DNA of 64,000 bases from positions 6,989-70,988 of the forward strand of contig JANIHI010000008.1 of assembly GCA_024518585.1 (NCBI GenBank), given 5' to 3'. Source of the DNA: Methanolinea sp. Lineage in GTDB: Archaea; Halobacteriota; Methanomicrobia; Methanomicrobiales; Methanospirillaceae. Each line of letters opens with the position of its first letter. The first letter of the stretch is position 1. Below the pieces are notes generated by a model that ran no database searches, had not been told where the DNA came from, and saw only the letters and a program-made list of their open reading frames with translations. Positions 27,925 to 37,570 of the stretch are shown here, in pieces. Both the position numbers and the translations under genes were made by a program.

Positions 27925-29118
27925 ATGGCAGGTCGTGAAAATTGTAAAAATATCCATCCTTTCATTCTCCTTCTCACATCTCTCCTGATCCTCGCATGTA
28001 CCTTTCCCGTTGCTGCCCAGTCGGAGACGGGCGGGGCCCCTCTCTCACCCTCCGCCGGGGAAGAGACGCTTGGACTCCCGGTGAGTCCTGACCACCGCTA
28101 CACAGAGAATGGTCCGGTCCTCGTCATGTTTTACAACACGAACTGCGGTGACTGCATGAGGACTCTCCCTTTTGTCCAGCAGTATGCCAGGGACCACCCG
28201 GAACTCGAGACGCACCTGTTGAACATAAAGGAGAATTTTGAATACTGGAAGCTCTTCTCGACATACAAGGAAGCGTACAATACGGGACCGATCCCCGTCC
28301 CCTCCCTTTTTGTGGGGGACAGGGTCCTTACCGGTTACGACGAGATAACCGGTTCACTCGCGGAGGTGGTGAAGGAACAGAGCCGCGGTCCTTCCGCACG
28401 GACCACACCGTCTTTCCCTTCGCTCGGCAACCTTTCGGCGCAGGACATAACCATCCCTCTTGTTATCACGGCAGGCCTTGCCGACGGGATCAATCCCTGT
28501 GCATTCTCTGTCCTGATCATCCTCCTCTTTTCCCTCTCGTTAGCCGGCTCGAGGAGGAAGATGGTCTCCGTCGGTGCCTGTTTCATCGGGACGGTTTTTA
28601 TCTTTTATTTCTTCTCCGGTCTTGGCATCTTCTATCTCATCCAGCTCGCCGAGATATCGAGGGCGATTGGGATTATCGCAGCAGCAATTGCTTTCCTCCT
28701 GGGGGCAATCAGTCTCTTTGAAGGTGTTTTGGACCGGGAGAAGCCCATCCTTGCCATTCCCTCATCAAAGAAGGGGATAATCGGAGAGTACATCCAGAAA
28801 GCATCAGTCCCGGCTTCCATCGTCCTCGGTGTCCTCGTGGGCATGTTTGAGCTGCCCTGCACGGGGGGAATCTACCTTGCAATCCTCTCCCTGATATCCG
28901 ATAAAATGACCATGGCAGAGGGGATCCCCCTGCTCTTCGTTTATAATGTCTTCTTTGTGCTCCCCCTTGTCTTTATCCTGTGTGCCGTCGTCTTTGGCCT
29001 CCCCCTCGAGGGCGTTGACCGCTGGAGGCAGGAACACCGGCGGGCTGTCCGCATCATCATGGGACTTGTGCTCGTGGGACTTGGGATCCTGCTTATCAGC
29101 ACGTTCCTTGGCGGATGA
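27925..29118 (+). CDS. secreted thioredoxin-like domain fused to a CcdA/DsbD-type transmembrane thiol:disulfide electron transporter
   Basis: Signal peptide. NTNCGDC (CxxC) sits in a Trx-like domain. The membrane part has GINPCAFSV and ELPCTGGIYLA, the two conserved PC motifs of CcdA/DsbD. Confidence 0.8.
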   Translation: MAGRENCKNIHPFILLLTSLLILACTFPVAAQSETGGAPLSPSAGEETLGLPVSPDHRYTENGPVLVMFYNTNCGDCMRTLPFVQQYARDHPELETHLLNIKENFEYWKLFSTYKEAYNTGPIPVPSLFVGDRVLTGYDEITGSLAEVVKEQSRGPSARTTPSFPSLGNLSAQDITIPLVITAGLADGINPCAFSVLIILLFSLSLAGSRRKMVSVGACFIGTVFIFYFFSGLGIFYLIQLAEISRAIGIIAAAIAFLLGAISLFEGVLDREKPILAIPSSKKGIIGEYIQKASVPASIVLGVLVGMFELPCTGGIYLAILSLISDKMTMAEGIPLLFVYNVFFVLPLVFILCAVVFGLPLEGVDRWRQEHRRAVRIIMGLVLVGLGILLISTFLGG

Positions 29119-29545
29119 TGCCATGCAGGGACAACGATGACGGGAAATGAACACCTTTCAGACGGGATTGTAGGGAGATGCTGGGGATAAAAAACCACAT
29201 GATTCTCTCCGAGATACAAGGATATAGAATGAAGATCGCGGATGCAATCTTCCTAGTAACCGCCTACGGCCGCCGTGCGGCCGGGTATGAATATTACAAA
29301 TAACAAAGCCGTTCTCATGGGGTACGTCCTGTCTATCTGCACACCTCATTCTGCATGGTCGCAGATAGATGGGGTCTCCCCGACTGTTCAGCTGGCCACC
29401 CTCGCCGGCCATTTGCTCCGGGACCTCTTCCCGGCTTGATCGAAGAGAGGACAATGCGTGCGAAATGGCAATTTTAAAGGCGATACCCGTTGAACAAGCC
29501 ATGGAAAGAGATAGGGAAACGAATGGGTCCCCGGGAAAATAAGGA

Positions 29546-31315
29546 ATGAGAGTCCGTCACGGAATCATTTTCATCATCATCTCTGTCACGCTCGTTTCAG
29601 GACTTGTTGTCGTGGCCGGGATGCAGGCGGTGATGTTCCCGGCGATTGAAGCGATAGAAAAACGCGAGGCAGGAGATGCAGTAGCCCGAGTTTTAAAAAT
29701 TATTGAAAGTGATCTCCTGAAACTCAAAGGCACGTGCGATGACTGGGGAAAATGGGATGACACGTATTTTTTCCTGCAGGGAGAAAATCCCGGCTATGTC
29801 GCGAGTAACCTCCTCAACGAGACATTCGAGGCCCTCCAGGTCGACCTGATCCTCTTTTACACGCCCGAGGGTGAGCTCTTCTTTGGAAAAGGGTATGATC
29901 ACACCGGAGGGGTTCCCTTATCAGTCCCGGAAGAGCTTGGTCGCATCCCCCTGGAACCAGGAAAAGTGGAACCAGGAAACGAGAGTAGGGGAGAGGAAAT
30001 GGAGACCGTATCGGGGATCCTTACCCTGCCTAACACGTCCCTCCTCGTCAGTATCGGGCCTGTCCTGCGGAGTGACCGCAGCGGACCGACTGCAGGCTAT
30101 TTTGCGGTCGGCCGGTACCTTGACGATGAGGAGGTCGCACGCCTTGCAGCCCTCTCGTCGACAAACCCACAGTTTGCCATTATCCGGGAAGGGAGGGGGG
30201 AGGGCTCACCATCACGGGTCCAGCCCTCTCCCGGAGAAAGCCCGGTTGGTATCCGCGTCTCTGACGACACAAATTCCCTCATAGCCGAAACGGTGATCAG
30301 GGACATCCATGGATACCCCGCACTCCTTCTCGGGGTTACGATGGAGAGGGCAACATTCCGTATTGCCAGGGACAGCATGGTCTTTTTCCTCATCCTCGTG
30401 GGGACAATTGGCGGGACATTTGTTATCCTTGGTCTCCTTTTCATTGACCGGCGTTTCCTCCGGCGACTATCACACCTCGAGGAGAAAGTCAGCGAAATCA
30501 CCCGGGAACGGGACTTTGGAAAAAAGACTGCCATACAAGGCGATGACGAGATCGCCTCCCTTTCCCGGAGTATCGATACAATGCTTGCCGCCCTCTCCGA
30601 GCATATCGCGAAGGAGACGGCCGAAAGAGAGAAAGCCCGGTTAGCCAACGCCAAGCTCACTCTCCTCTCCCGGATAACGAGGCACGATGTCTTAAACCAG
30701 GTCAGCGTGATCAGGGGCTTTTCCGACCTCCTTGGGGAAAGCATCCCGGAATCGTCAGAAGAGGGCCGTTTCATCGAACGGATAAAAACAGCAGCAAAGA
30801 CGATAGAACGCCAGCTCGCCTTTACAAGGATGTATGAACTCGAGGGTGAAGACACGTCCCTTGAGTGGATAAACGTCCATGACCTCTTCCTTGAGGTTGC
30901 GAGGGGCATGGGCCTCTTTGGAGTAAAGGCTGAGGTGGCATTTGATGACCTCTTTATCCTGTCCGATCGCCTCCTTGGGAAGATCTTCTACACGCTCATT
31001 GACAATTCGCTTGCCCACGGGGAAAAGGTAAGCCGGGTCTCCCTCTCGTTTTATGAAGAAGACGGTTCCTGTGTCCTCGTGTACGAGGACGACGGCGTGG
31101 GGGTTCCCCCGGAGCAGAAGGAACTCATCTTTGAACAGGGTGTAGGGAATCACCTGGGGCTCGGCCTGTTCCTTGCGCGGGGGATCCTGTCTGTTTTTGG
31201 CATTACCATCAGGGAAACTGGGGAATACGGGAGAGGGGCCCGGTTCGAGATGCGCATCCCGTCCCATGCCTACCGGAAAGGATCCCCTGGCAAAACACCC
31301 CCTGGATCTCCCTGA
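29546..31315 (+). CDS. sensor histidine kinase with periplasmic CHASE4-like domain (no adjacent response regulator)
   Basis: N-terminal TM, CDDWGKWDDTYFFLQGENPGY (CHASE4-like), second TM, H-box ITRHDVLNQ, and C-terminal HATPase (DDGVGVP, GLGLFLARGI). Confidence 0.85.
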   Translation: MRVRHGIIFIIISVTLVSGLVVVAGMQAVMFPAIEAIEKREAGDAVARVLKIIESDLLKLKGTCDDWGKWDDTYFFLQGENPGYVASNLLNETFEALQVDLILFYTPEGELFFGKGYDHTGGVPLSVPEELGRIPLEPGKVEPGNESRGEEMETVSGILTLPNTSLLVSIGPVLRSDRSGPTAGYFAVGRYLDDEEVARLAALSSTNPQFAIIREGRGEGSPSRVQPSPGESPVGIRVSDDTNSLIAETVIRDIHGYPALLLGVTMERATFRIARDSMVFFLILVGTIGGTFVILGLLFIDRRFLRRLSHLEEKVSEITRERDFGKKTAIQGDDEIASLSRSIDTMLAALSEHIAKETAEREKARLANAKLTLLSRITRHDVLNQVSVIRGFSDLLGESIPESSEEGRFIERIKTAAKTIERQLAFTRMYELEGEDTSLEWINVHDLFLEVARGMGLFGVKAEVAFDDLFILSDRLLGKIFYTLIDNSLAHGEKVSRVSLSFYEEDGSCVLVYEDDGVGVPPEQKELIFEQGVGNHLGLGLFLARGILSVFGITIRETGEYGRGARFEMRIPSHAYRKGSPGKTPPGSP

Positions 31316-31489
31316 GAGGGAGATGACAGACAATTTTTATCTATCCATCTCCCCGAAAAAACAGAGGGGACGGTTTTTTACCGCCCCGCCCGCGACCATT
31401 CTGATGGTCTCCTTTCCTGTCGATGATGGAACGCAGGACCGTTTTCATGCGGAGGCCGGGTGAACCACGGTGACCGCGCAAGCCTGCCT

Positions 31490-32803
31490 CTACTGCGGTC
31501 CCGGCACATACCAGTCGGGGAGGACAAAGTCAGCCTCTTTCATGTGGTCCGGCCAGACGATCCGTGGCCTTAATTCCTTTGCGGTCTCGTTCCACACCAG
31601 CTGCTCCATGAAGAGGTCGAATTTTGCCTCCCGGTAATCTTCCGAGAATTTAATCACGCCATTTTTCATGGCTTCGACCATCTGGGGCATCTCGAGGGTG
31701 GAAAGCGCCCGTGTGACAGCAGACTTTTCCCTTGTCCCCGCCTTCTCGACGGCGTGCGCGGCAATGTAGACACCCTCGTAGGTCGAGGCGCCCATCATTC
31801 CGGGATACGTTCCCCAGCGTTTATGGAAATTTTCCCGGAACGCAATCATGTCATCTGCAACAGGCCCCTTCGGGACAGCGTAGGGACTGAAACGGGTCTC
31901 GATAACAGAGTATTCCCCGTACTTTCCAAGACCGGCGTAGTAGTCGGGGTCATCGTTGCATTCGACTGCAAGGAAGATTGTATCAAGCCCCACGTCCCGG
32001 CGTGCCTGGGTCACCATCGGGATCTGCTCGTTGAGGAATGCGGCGGGATACACGACATCGGGCCGGGCAGCCTTGACTGACGTGAGCTGGGTCCGGAAGT
32101 CAGTCTCCCCCATCTTGTAGGTCTCCTCTGCCACGATCACGATGGAGAGGTTATTCTTCTCGATTGTATCCTTCACAGCCTTCTGGACACCCTTCCCGTA
32201 GGGGCTGTCCTGGATGATGAGAGCCATGCGCAGGGGCCGGGAATCGGGGTACCCGAACTTTCCGTTGATGGCCTTCCTGATGACATCGTACGCAAAGAGC
32301 GTTGTCTGTTCCCCGTAATCGTCCGTTGTGGGGCAGTAGTGGAACATCGTGCGGGTGTCGATATCGGTCCGCTGGGTGACCGTTGGTGTCGATGCGCCGG
32401 TAATGATGTAGGGGACGCCATACTCGGAGACGGTAGCCTGGTGGGCCGATACAACGGCGCTCGAGAATCCCCCGACGAGGATATCCACGCCATCCTGGGT
32501 GATGAGACGGGATACCGCTTTCTGGCCGCCCTCCCTTGACGACTCGTCGTCTCCCTGGATGAGGGTGATAGGGACCCTTGCGTTTATGTCTTTTATGAAG
32601 ACCCCGCCACGCGCGTTGATCTCATCTGCTGCAATGACTGCCGATTGCCAGATATCCTTTCCCGTCGTGCTCGCGGCTCCCGTCATCGAGGCCACGACAC
32701 CGATCTTGAGTGTCTCCTGTGTCTGCGCTTTCTGCTCGGTGCATCCCGCCGTGAGCGCGAGGACGAGCAGGAGGACCACAACAACATACCCTGGTCTGAC
32801 CAT
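31490..32803 (-). CDS. ABC amino-acid (Liv/HAAT-type) substrate-binding protein, lipobox-like LTAGC
   Basis: 437 aa. KIGVVASMTGAASTTGKDIWQSA...VGGFSSAV matches the type I PBP of the LivJ/K family. Confidence 0.85.
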   Translation of the reverse strand: MVRPGYVVVVLLLVLALTAGCTEQKAQTQETLKIGVVASMTGAASTTGKDIWQSAVIAADEINARGGVFIKDINARVPITLIQGDDESSREGGQKAVSRLITQDGVDILVGGFSSAVVSAHQATVSEYGVPYIITGASTPTVTQRTDIDTRTMFHYCPTTDDYGEQTTLFAYDVIRKAINGKFGYPDSRPLRMALIIQDSPYGKGVQKAVKDTIEKNNLSIVIVAEETYKMGETDFRTQLTSVKAARPDVVYPAAFLNEQIPMVTQARRDVGLDTIFLAVECNDDPDYYAGLGKYGEYSVIETRFSPYAVPKGPVADDMIAFRENFHKRWGTYPGMMGASTYEGVYIAAHAVEKAGTREKSAVTRALSTLEMPQMVEAMKNGVIKFSEDYREAKFDLFMEQLVWNETAKELRPRIVWPDHMKEADFVLPDWYVPGPQ

Positions 32804-32840
32804 GTCTTTCTCCCCTGAAGGATATGTTTAATATGCTGTA

Positions 32841-32870
32841 TGTTAACATATATCATGCTATTTGTTAACA
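32841..32870 (+). promoter_or_regulatory. two copies of palindrome TGTTAACA (22-nt spacing) flanking TATA-like ATATATC upstream of livG
   Basis: tgttaaca at 32841-32848 and 32863-32870. The TATA-like element at 32848-32854 lies about 28 nt before ATG 32882. Confidence 0.4.
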
Positions 32871-32881
32871 GGGAGCATGGA

Positions 32882-33610
32882 ATGCTGACAGTCAAAGGTG
32901 TGACCAAGTCGTTCGGGGGCCTCGTCGCCGTTAACCAGGTCAGTCTCTCGCTCAACGAGGGTGAGATCCTGGGACTGGTCGGCCCCAACGGTGCCGGCAA
33001 GACAACACTCCTGAACCTGATATCAGGTATTTACCGCCCCGACGCCGGGGGCATCATCTTCCGCGGTGAGGATATCACCTGTCTCTCCCTCGATGCGGTC
33101 TGCAAGAAGGGGATATCCAAGACATTCCAGCATCCCCGCTCTTTCCCGGCGCTCACCGCCCGTCAGGGCGTGATGATAGGTGCCCTGTACGGGAACGGAC
33201 GCCGCCCCACGGTCAGGGAAGCGTCTGACGAGGCAGAAGAGTGCCTCCGAATGGTCGGTTTTCCCGGGGAGAAGATCGACAGCCCGATTACGAACCTCAA
33301 CACATTCGAGCTCCGCCGCACGCAGCTCGCACGTGCCCTTGCGTCCCATCCCAAAGTCCTCCTCCTCGACGAGCTGACAACCGGTCTTACCCCGAGCGAG
33401 GGGAAAGAAGCTGTATCACTCATCAGGAAACTCCGTGACCAGGGAATGACCATCCTGATGATCGAGCACGTCATGCGGATCATCATGGGGGTCTCCGACA
33501 GGATCGTGGTACTTGACCATGGAGAGAAGATCGCAGAGGGAGAACCCACTGAGATCGTTACCAACGAAAAGGTCATAGATTCATATCTCGGGGAACGCTA
33601 CCATTTCTAA
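32882..33610 (+). CDS. livG: branched-chain amino acid ABC transporter ATP-binding protein
   Basis: GPNGAGKTT, LNTFELRRTQLARAL, LLLDELTTGL, and a C-terminal EKVIDSYLG LivG-type tail. Confidence 0.85.
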   Translation: MLTVKGVTKSFGGLVAVNQVSLSLNEGEILGLVGPNGAGKTTLLNLISGIYRPDAGGIIFRGEDITCLSLDAVCKKGISKTFQHPRSFPALTARQGVMIGALYGNGRRPTVREASDEAEECLRMVGFPGEKIDSPITNLNTFELRRTQLARALASHPKVLLLDELTTGLTPSEGKEAVSLIRKLRDQGMTILMIEHVMRIIMGVSDRIVVLDHGEKIAEGEPTEIVTNEKVIDSYLGERYHF

Positions 33611-33631
33611 TAAGAAAGGACCGTGCTCCCC

Positions 33632-34324
33632 ATGCTTCACATAGACGACCTCAGCGTCTCCTACTCCCACCTCCAGGTGTTGTGGGACGTGTCCCTGCAC
33701 GTCGACAGGGGTGAAATCGTCACCCTGATCGGGTCGAACGGTGCGGGCAAGACAACGCTCGTTTCAGCGCTTTTCGGCATCGTCCCGGCATCGAAGGGGA
33801 GGATAGAGTTCGACGGAGAGACAATCAGCGGCCTGGCCCCATACGAGATCGTGAGGCGCGGGCTCTCCCTTGTCCCTGAAAAGAGGGAGCTTTTTCCCCG
33901 GATGACGGTTTTGGAAAACCTGGAGATGGGGGCATTCGCAACCGGCAGGAAGGGTGACCCGGAACGGGTCTTTGAGCTTTTCCCTCACCTTGCAGAACGC
34001 CAGGACCAGGACGCCGGCACGCTTTCCGGGGGAGAACAACAGATGCTCGCGATTGCCCGGTGCCTGATGGCTGACCCGCGGATGATCGTTCTCGATGAAC
34101 CGTCCCTTGGCCTCTCCCCCAAATTGGTTCACACGGTCCTCGGGACAGTGGAACATCTCAACAGGGAAGGCATTACTATCTTCCTCGTGGAGCAGAACGT
34201 GAGAAGGGCGCTTGAAATATCCCACCGCGCCTACGTAATCGAGGCAGGCAGGATAACCCGTTCGGGCCGCTCGTCAGACCTGCTGCACGACGACCAGATC
34301 CGCGAAGCATACCTCGGATTGTGA
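33632..34324 (+). CDS. livF: branched-chain amino acid ABC transporter ATP-binding protein
   Basis: GSNGAGKTT, LSGGEQQMLAIARCL, IVLDEPSLGLSP, and C-terminal REAYLG. Confidence 0.85.
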   Translation: MLHIDDLSVSYSHLQVLWDVSLHVDRGEIVTLIGSNGAGKTTLVSALFGIVPASKGRIEFDGETISGLAPYEIVRRGLSLVPEKRELFPRMTVLENLEMGAFATGRKGDPERVFELFPHLAERQDQDAGTLSGGEQQMLAIARCLMADPRMIVLDEPSLGLSPKLVHTVLGTVEHLNREGITIFLVEQNVRRALEISHRAYVIEAGRITRSGRSSDLLHDDQIREAYLGL

Positions 34325-34356
34325 AAGGGCCCTCCTGCCTCTTTTCCCCCTGGAAC

Positions 34357-35322
34357 TTATTCTCCTTTTCTCTTCCACCTTTTTTCAATCTCCCCGGGGA
34401 GAGAAACGAGTCCCCGGGGGAGGAAGATGATGATGAGGACGAGGAGGATACCGATGATGATGAACCGCCCGTATGTCAGACCGAGCACGTTGAGCCCGTC
34501 CCAGAGGAGGGTAACGACAATCGTCCCGATAACCGGCCCGGCCAGCGTCCCGAGGCCCCCTGTAATCGAGTAGATGATCGGCCAGAACGAGAGGTCGATC
34601 CCGAAGATCTCGGGGGTGATGTACCCGAAATGGAAGATCTCGAGGCCGCCTGCGATCCCGCTTACGAATGCGGACAGGCCGAATGCAAACAACTTGAACG
34701 GGACGGGGTTGATCCCTGCCGCCCGTGCCTCGGTCTCATTCTCGCGTATTGCCGCGAGTGCAAGACCGATACGGGAACGCAGGAGGAAGTAAAAGAGGAC
34801 GAGGACCAGAACAGCGAGGAGGAGAACCACGTAGTACTCGAGGACAAGGTATCCCGGAATCGAGGTAGGGACGATCTTTGGGACTGCAAAGCCATCCCAT
34901 CCCCCCGTCACGGGTGCGAGCTGGCTCACGACGAGGGTCTGGATGATGACGGCAAAGCCGAACGTCACCATCGCAAGGAACCATTCGCGCAGGCGCACAC
35001 ACGTGATCCCAATGAGAATGCCGATGAAAGCAGAGAACAACCCCCCTAGGACGAGTGTCAGCAGCGGGGGAAGACCGAGGCGGACAGCCGCAAGCGAGGC
35101 TGCATACCCGCCTAGCCCGAGGAATGCCGCATGCCCGAGCGATCCCTGGCCGGAGAAGGTGAGGAAATTCCACGCGGACGAGTAGATGATGAAGATGAGC
35201 ATCAACACGAGGACGGTCAGGAGGTACAGGTTCTGGCCGACGAGGAAGGGAACAATAAGTGCAAGGGCCAGGATAACTGCCGCAAGCAGGTTCCGGGGGG
35301 TTCGCACCTGCGCAAGTCTCAT
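34357..35322 (-). CDS. livM: branched-chain amino acid ABC transporter permease
   Basis: 321 aa and polytopic. The GQGSLGHAAFLGLGGY motif is typical of LivM. 4-nt overlap with livH. Confidence 0.85.
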   Translation of the reverse strand: MRLAQVRTPRNLLAAVILALALIVPFLVGQNLYLLTVLVLMLIFIIYSSAWNFLTFSGQGSLGHAAFLGLGGYAASLAAVRLGLPPLLTLVLGGLFSAFIGILIGITCVRLREWFLAMVTFGFAVIIQTLVVSQLAPVTGGWDGFAVPKIVPTSIPGYLVLEYYVVLLLAVLVLVLFYFLLRSRIGLALAAIRENETEARAAGINPVPFKLFAFGLSAFVSGIAGGLEIFHFGYITPEIFGIDLSFWPIIYSITGGLGTLAGPVIGTIVVTLLWDGLNVLGLTYGRFIIIGILLVLIIIFLPRGLVSLPGEIEKRWKRKGE

Positions 35323-36200
35323 TCCCCTTCCTCCCCAAAGAGCCCGGTCGGCTTAACGAGGAGGACAACGATCAGGAGGATGAACGAGATCGCGTCCTTC
35401 CACGACCCTCCAAGGAAAAATGCAGTGAAGTTCTCGACCATCCCGATAGCAAGACCCCCGATGATTGCCCCCGGTATGCTCCCGAGGCCGCCGAGGATGA
35501 TGATTGCAAACCCCTTGATGGCCGGCACCGATCCCATGTAGGGATTAAAGACCTGGCCGCTCACGGCCCAGAGGGTCCCGGCTGCCCCGGCGAGTCCTGC
35601 ACCGATCCCGAAGGTGAGCATGTCCATCCGCTCGACGTTTATCCCCATCAGCATCGCGCCTTTCCTGTTCTGGCTTGATGCCCGGATGGCCTTTCCCGTG
35701 GTTGTCCTGTTGAGGAAGACAGAGAGGCAGACGAGGATAATCGCAGTAACGGCCACGATAATGATGTAGTCAAGGGGCAGCTGGATGGGGCCGACCGCTA
35801 TGGTCAGGTCCGCAAAGGGACTTTTCATGGAGCGCCACTCGTCGGTGAAGACCATTGCAACGCCGTTCTGGAAGATATAGATCAGTCCGAGGCTGATGAA
35901 TATCTCGTTCAGCTTTCCCGTCCCGAGGATCGGCCGGAAGCAAAGACGTTCCACGATGATACCAGCCCCGATCAGGATGGGGATTGACAGGAAAAGGAGG
36001 AGGTAGGGGTTGAAACCACTGAGTACGAAGAAGAAGAACGTGATATACGTCCCGAGCATCAGGAACTCGCCGTGGGCAAAGTTGACGACCTTCATGACGC
36101 CGAAGATCAGGTTGAGACCGGTGGCCAGCAGGATGTAGATACACCCCGAGTAGAGCCCCCAGAATGCGACCTGGCCGAGTACTGCGATGCCACCATCCAT
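35319..36200 (-). CDS. livH: branched-chain amino acid ABC transporter permease
   Basis: 293 aa. NFAHGEFLMLGTY is the typical LivH motif. Confidence 0.85.
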   Translation of the reverse strand: MDGGIAVLGQVAFWGLYSGCIYILLATGLNLIFGVMKVVNFAHGEFLMLGTYITFFFFVLSGFNPYLLLFLSIPILIGAGIIVERLCFRPILGTGKLNEIFISLGLIYIFQNGVAMVFTDEWRSMKSPFADLTIAVGPIQLPLDYIIIVAVTAIILVCLSVFLNRTTTGKAIRASSQNRKGAMLMGINVERMDMLTFGIGAGLAGAAGTLWAVSGQVFNPYMGSVPAIKGFAIIILGGLGSIPGAIIGGLAIGMVENFTAFFLGGSWKDAISFILLIVVLLVKPTGLFGEEGE

Positions 36201-36234
36201 CCTGTACTACCTCACCCTGCCTTAAAATAAAGAT

Positions 36235-37560
36235 TCAGGGAGATCCCGGGGTATACCAGTCCGGAATGGAAAAGTCCCCCGCTTTGAGGTTTCCGGGCCA
36301 GACGATTACCGGCCGTGGCTCTCCCAGTTTCTGGTCCATGGCGAGCTGGACAACGTACAGGTCAAACTTGCTCTCCCGGTAGTCCGGGGAAAAGGTGATA
36401 GTCCCATTCTTCATGATCTCCATCATCTGGGGCACCCGTATTGTGGCAAGAGCATCCCTGATCTTTGCCCGGTCAAGGCTGCCTGCCTGCTCGATGGCGG
36501 CAGCAGCAATATAGACCGATTCGTACGTTGCTGCACCCATCATTCCTGCAAATCCACCGTACTTCCTGTCAAAGTCAGAGAGGAACTTCCGGGTTGCTGC
36601 CTCCGTGGACCCTGCAGGGACCGCGTAGGGAGAGAACCTGCTCTCCATGACCATGCCGTCACCGTACATGCCGACGCCACTGTAGTAATCGGGGTCGTCG
36701 TTGTTCTCGATCGCCATGATCACGGTGTTGAGGCCGACGTCCCGCCTGGCCTGCTGGGTCATGGGGACGAGTTCGTTTAAGAACGTGACCGCGTAGATGA
36801 CGTCAGGGTTCTTTGATTTGACCGATGTAAGGACAGTCCTGAAGTCGGATTCACCCATCTTGAAAGGTTCTTCTGCCACGACCTCGATCGGGAGGTTCTT
36901 CGTCGCAATCAGAGATTTCACTGCGTCGAGCTGGCCCTTCCCAAACGGGCTGTCCTGGTAGATGACAGCGACGCGGAGTTTCCGCCCATCGGAAAACCCG
37001 AACTTTGCGTTGATTGCCGGCCGGAAGACCTCTGTCAGGAACTGGATGCTCGCCTCGGCAGAATCATCCGTGTTTGGCCTGTGGAAGAACATGTAACTTG
37101 TATCGAGATCCTTCCGCCGGGAGACCGCGCTGCTGGACGCGCCCGAGATGATGTACGGCACCTTGTTGTCGGCAACGATCGACTGGTGCGCGGAGACGAC
37201 TGCACTCGAGTACCCTCCCACGAGGACATGGACCTGGTCCTGCGTGATCAGTTTCGTGACCGCCTTCATACCCCCTTCGCGCGTTGATTCGTCGTCCCCC
37301 TGGACCAGGCGGACAGGCAGGGAACGCCCAAGCTCCCTGACGGGGACGCCCCCTTTGGCATTGATCTCGTCGGCAGCAAGTTCTGCAGACTGCCAGATGT
37401 CCTTTCCGGTTGTGCTGGCAGGTCCCGTCAGGGAGGCGACCACTCCGATTTTTATCTCCGAGGGTCCTGTTGCAGCAGGCGCCTGCGTACAGCCGGACAT
37501 GAGGACCAGTGCGATCAGGAGCAATCCCAGTATCGTATAAATGATGCAATCGTGTCTCAT
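36235..37560 (-). CDS. second Liv/HAAT-type substrate-binding protein (paralog of 31490..32803)
   Basis: 441 aa. Aligns by eye over its whole length with the first binding protein (KIGVVASLTGPASTTGKDIWQSA...). Lipobox-like MSGC. Confidence 0.85.
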   Translation of the reverse strand: MRHDCIIYTILGLLLIALVLMSGCTQAPAATGPSEIKIGVVASLTGPASTTGKDIWQSAELAADEINAKGGVPVRELGRSLPVRLVQGDDESTREGGMKAVTKLITQDQVHVLVGGYSSAVVSAHQSIVADNKVPYIISGASSSAVSRRKDLDTSYMFFHRPNTDDSAEASIQFLTEVFRPAINAKFGFSDGRKLRVAVIYQDSPFGKGQLDAVKSLIATKNLPIEVVAEEPFKMGESDFRTVLTSVKSKNPDVIYAVTFLNELVPMTQQARRDVGLNTVIMAIENNDDPDYYSGVGMYGDGMVMESRFSPYAVPAGSTEAATRKFLSDFDRKYGGFAGMMGAATYESVYIAAAAIEQAGSLDRAKIRDALATIRVPQMMEIMKNGTITFSPDYRESKFDLYVVQLAMDQKLGEPRPVIVWPGNLKAGDFSIPDWYTPGSP

Positions 37561-37570
37561 GGAAAATCAC

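Noticed and set aside
29158-29502. 114-aa minus-strand ORF. I also tested the idea that this interval is an SRP RNA or a fluoride (crcB-type) riboswitch, because of GGUCCCGGAGCAA and AACCGCC strings.
   Set aside because: The ORF product is R/G/P/S-rich and not protein-like. The helix-8-like string lacks the GGAA-loop/AGCA pairing geometry. The riboswitch-like string lacks the remaining conserved segments, and the downstream gene is a histidine kinase. Kept only as a generic structured-RNA candidate.
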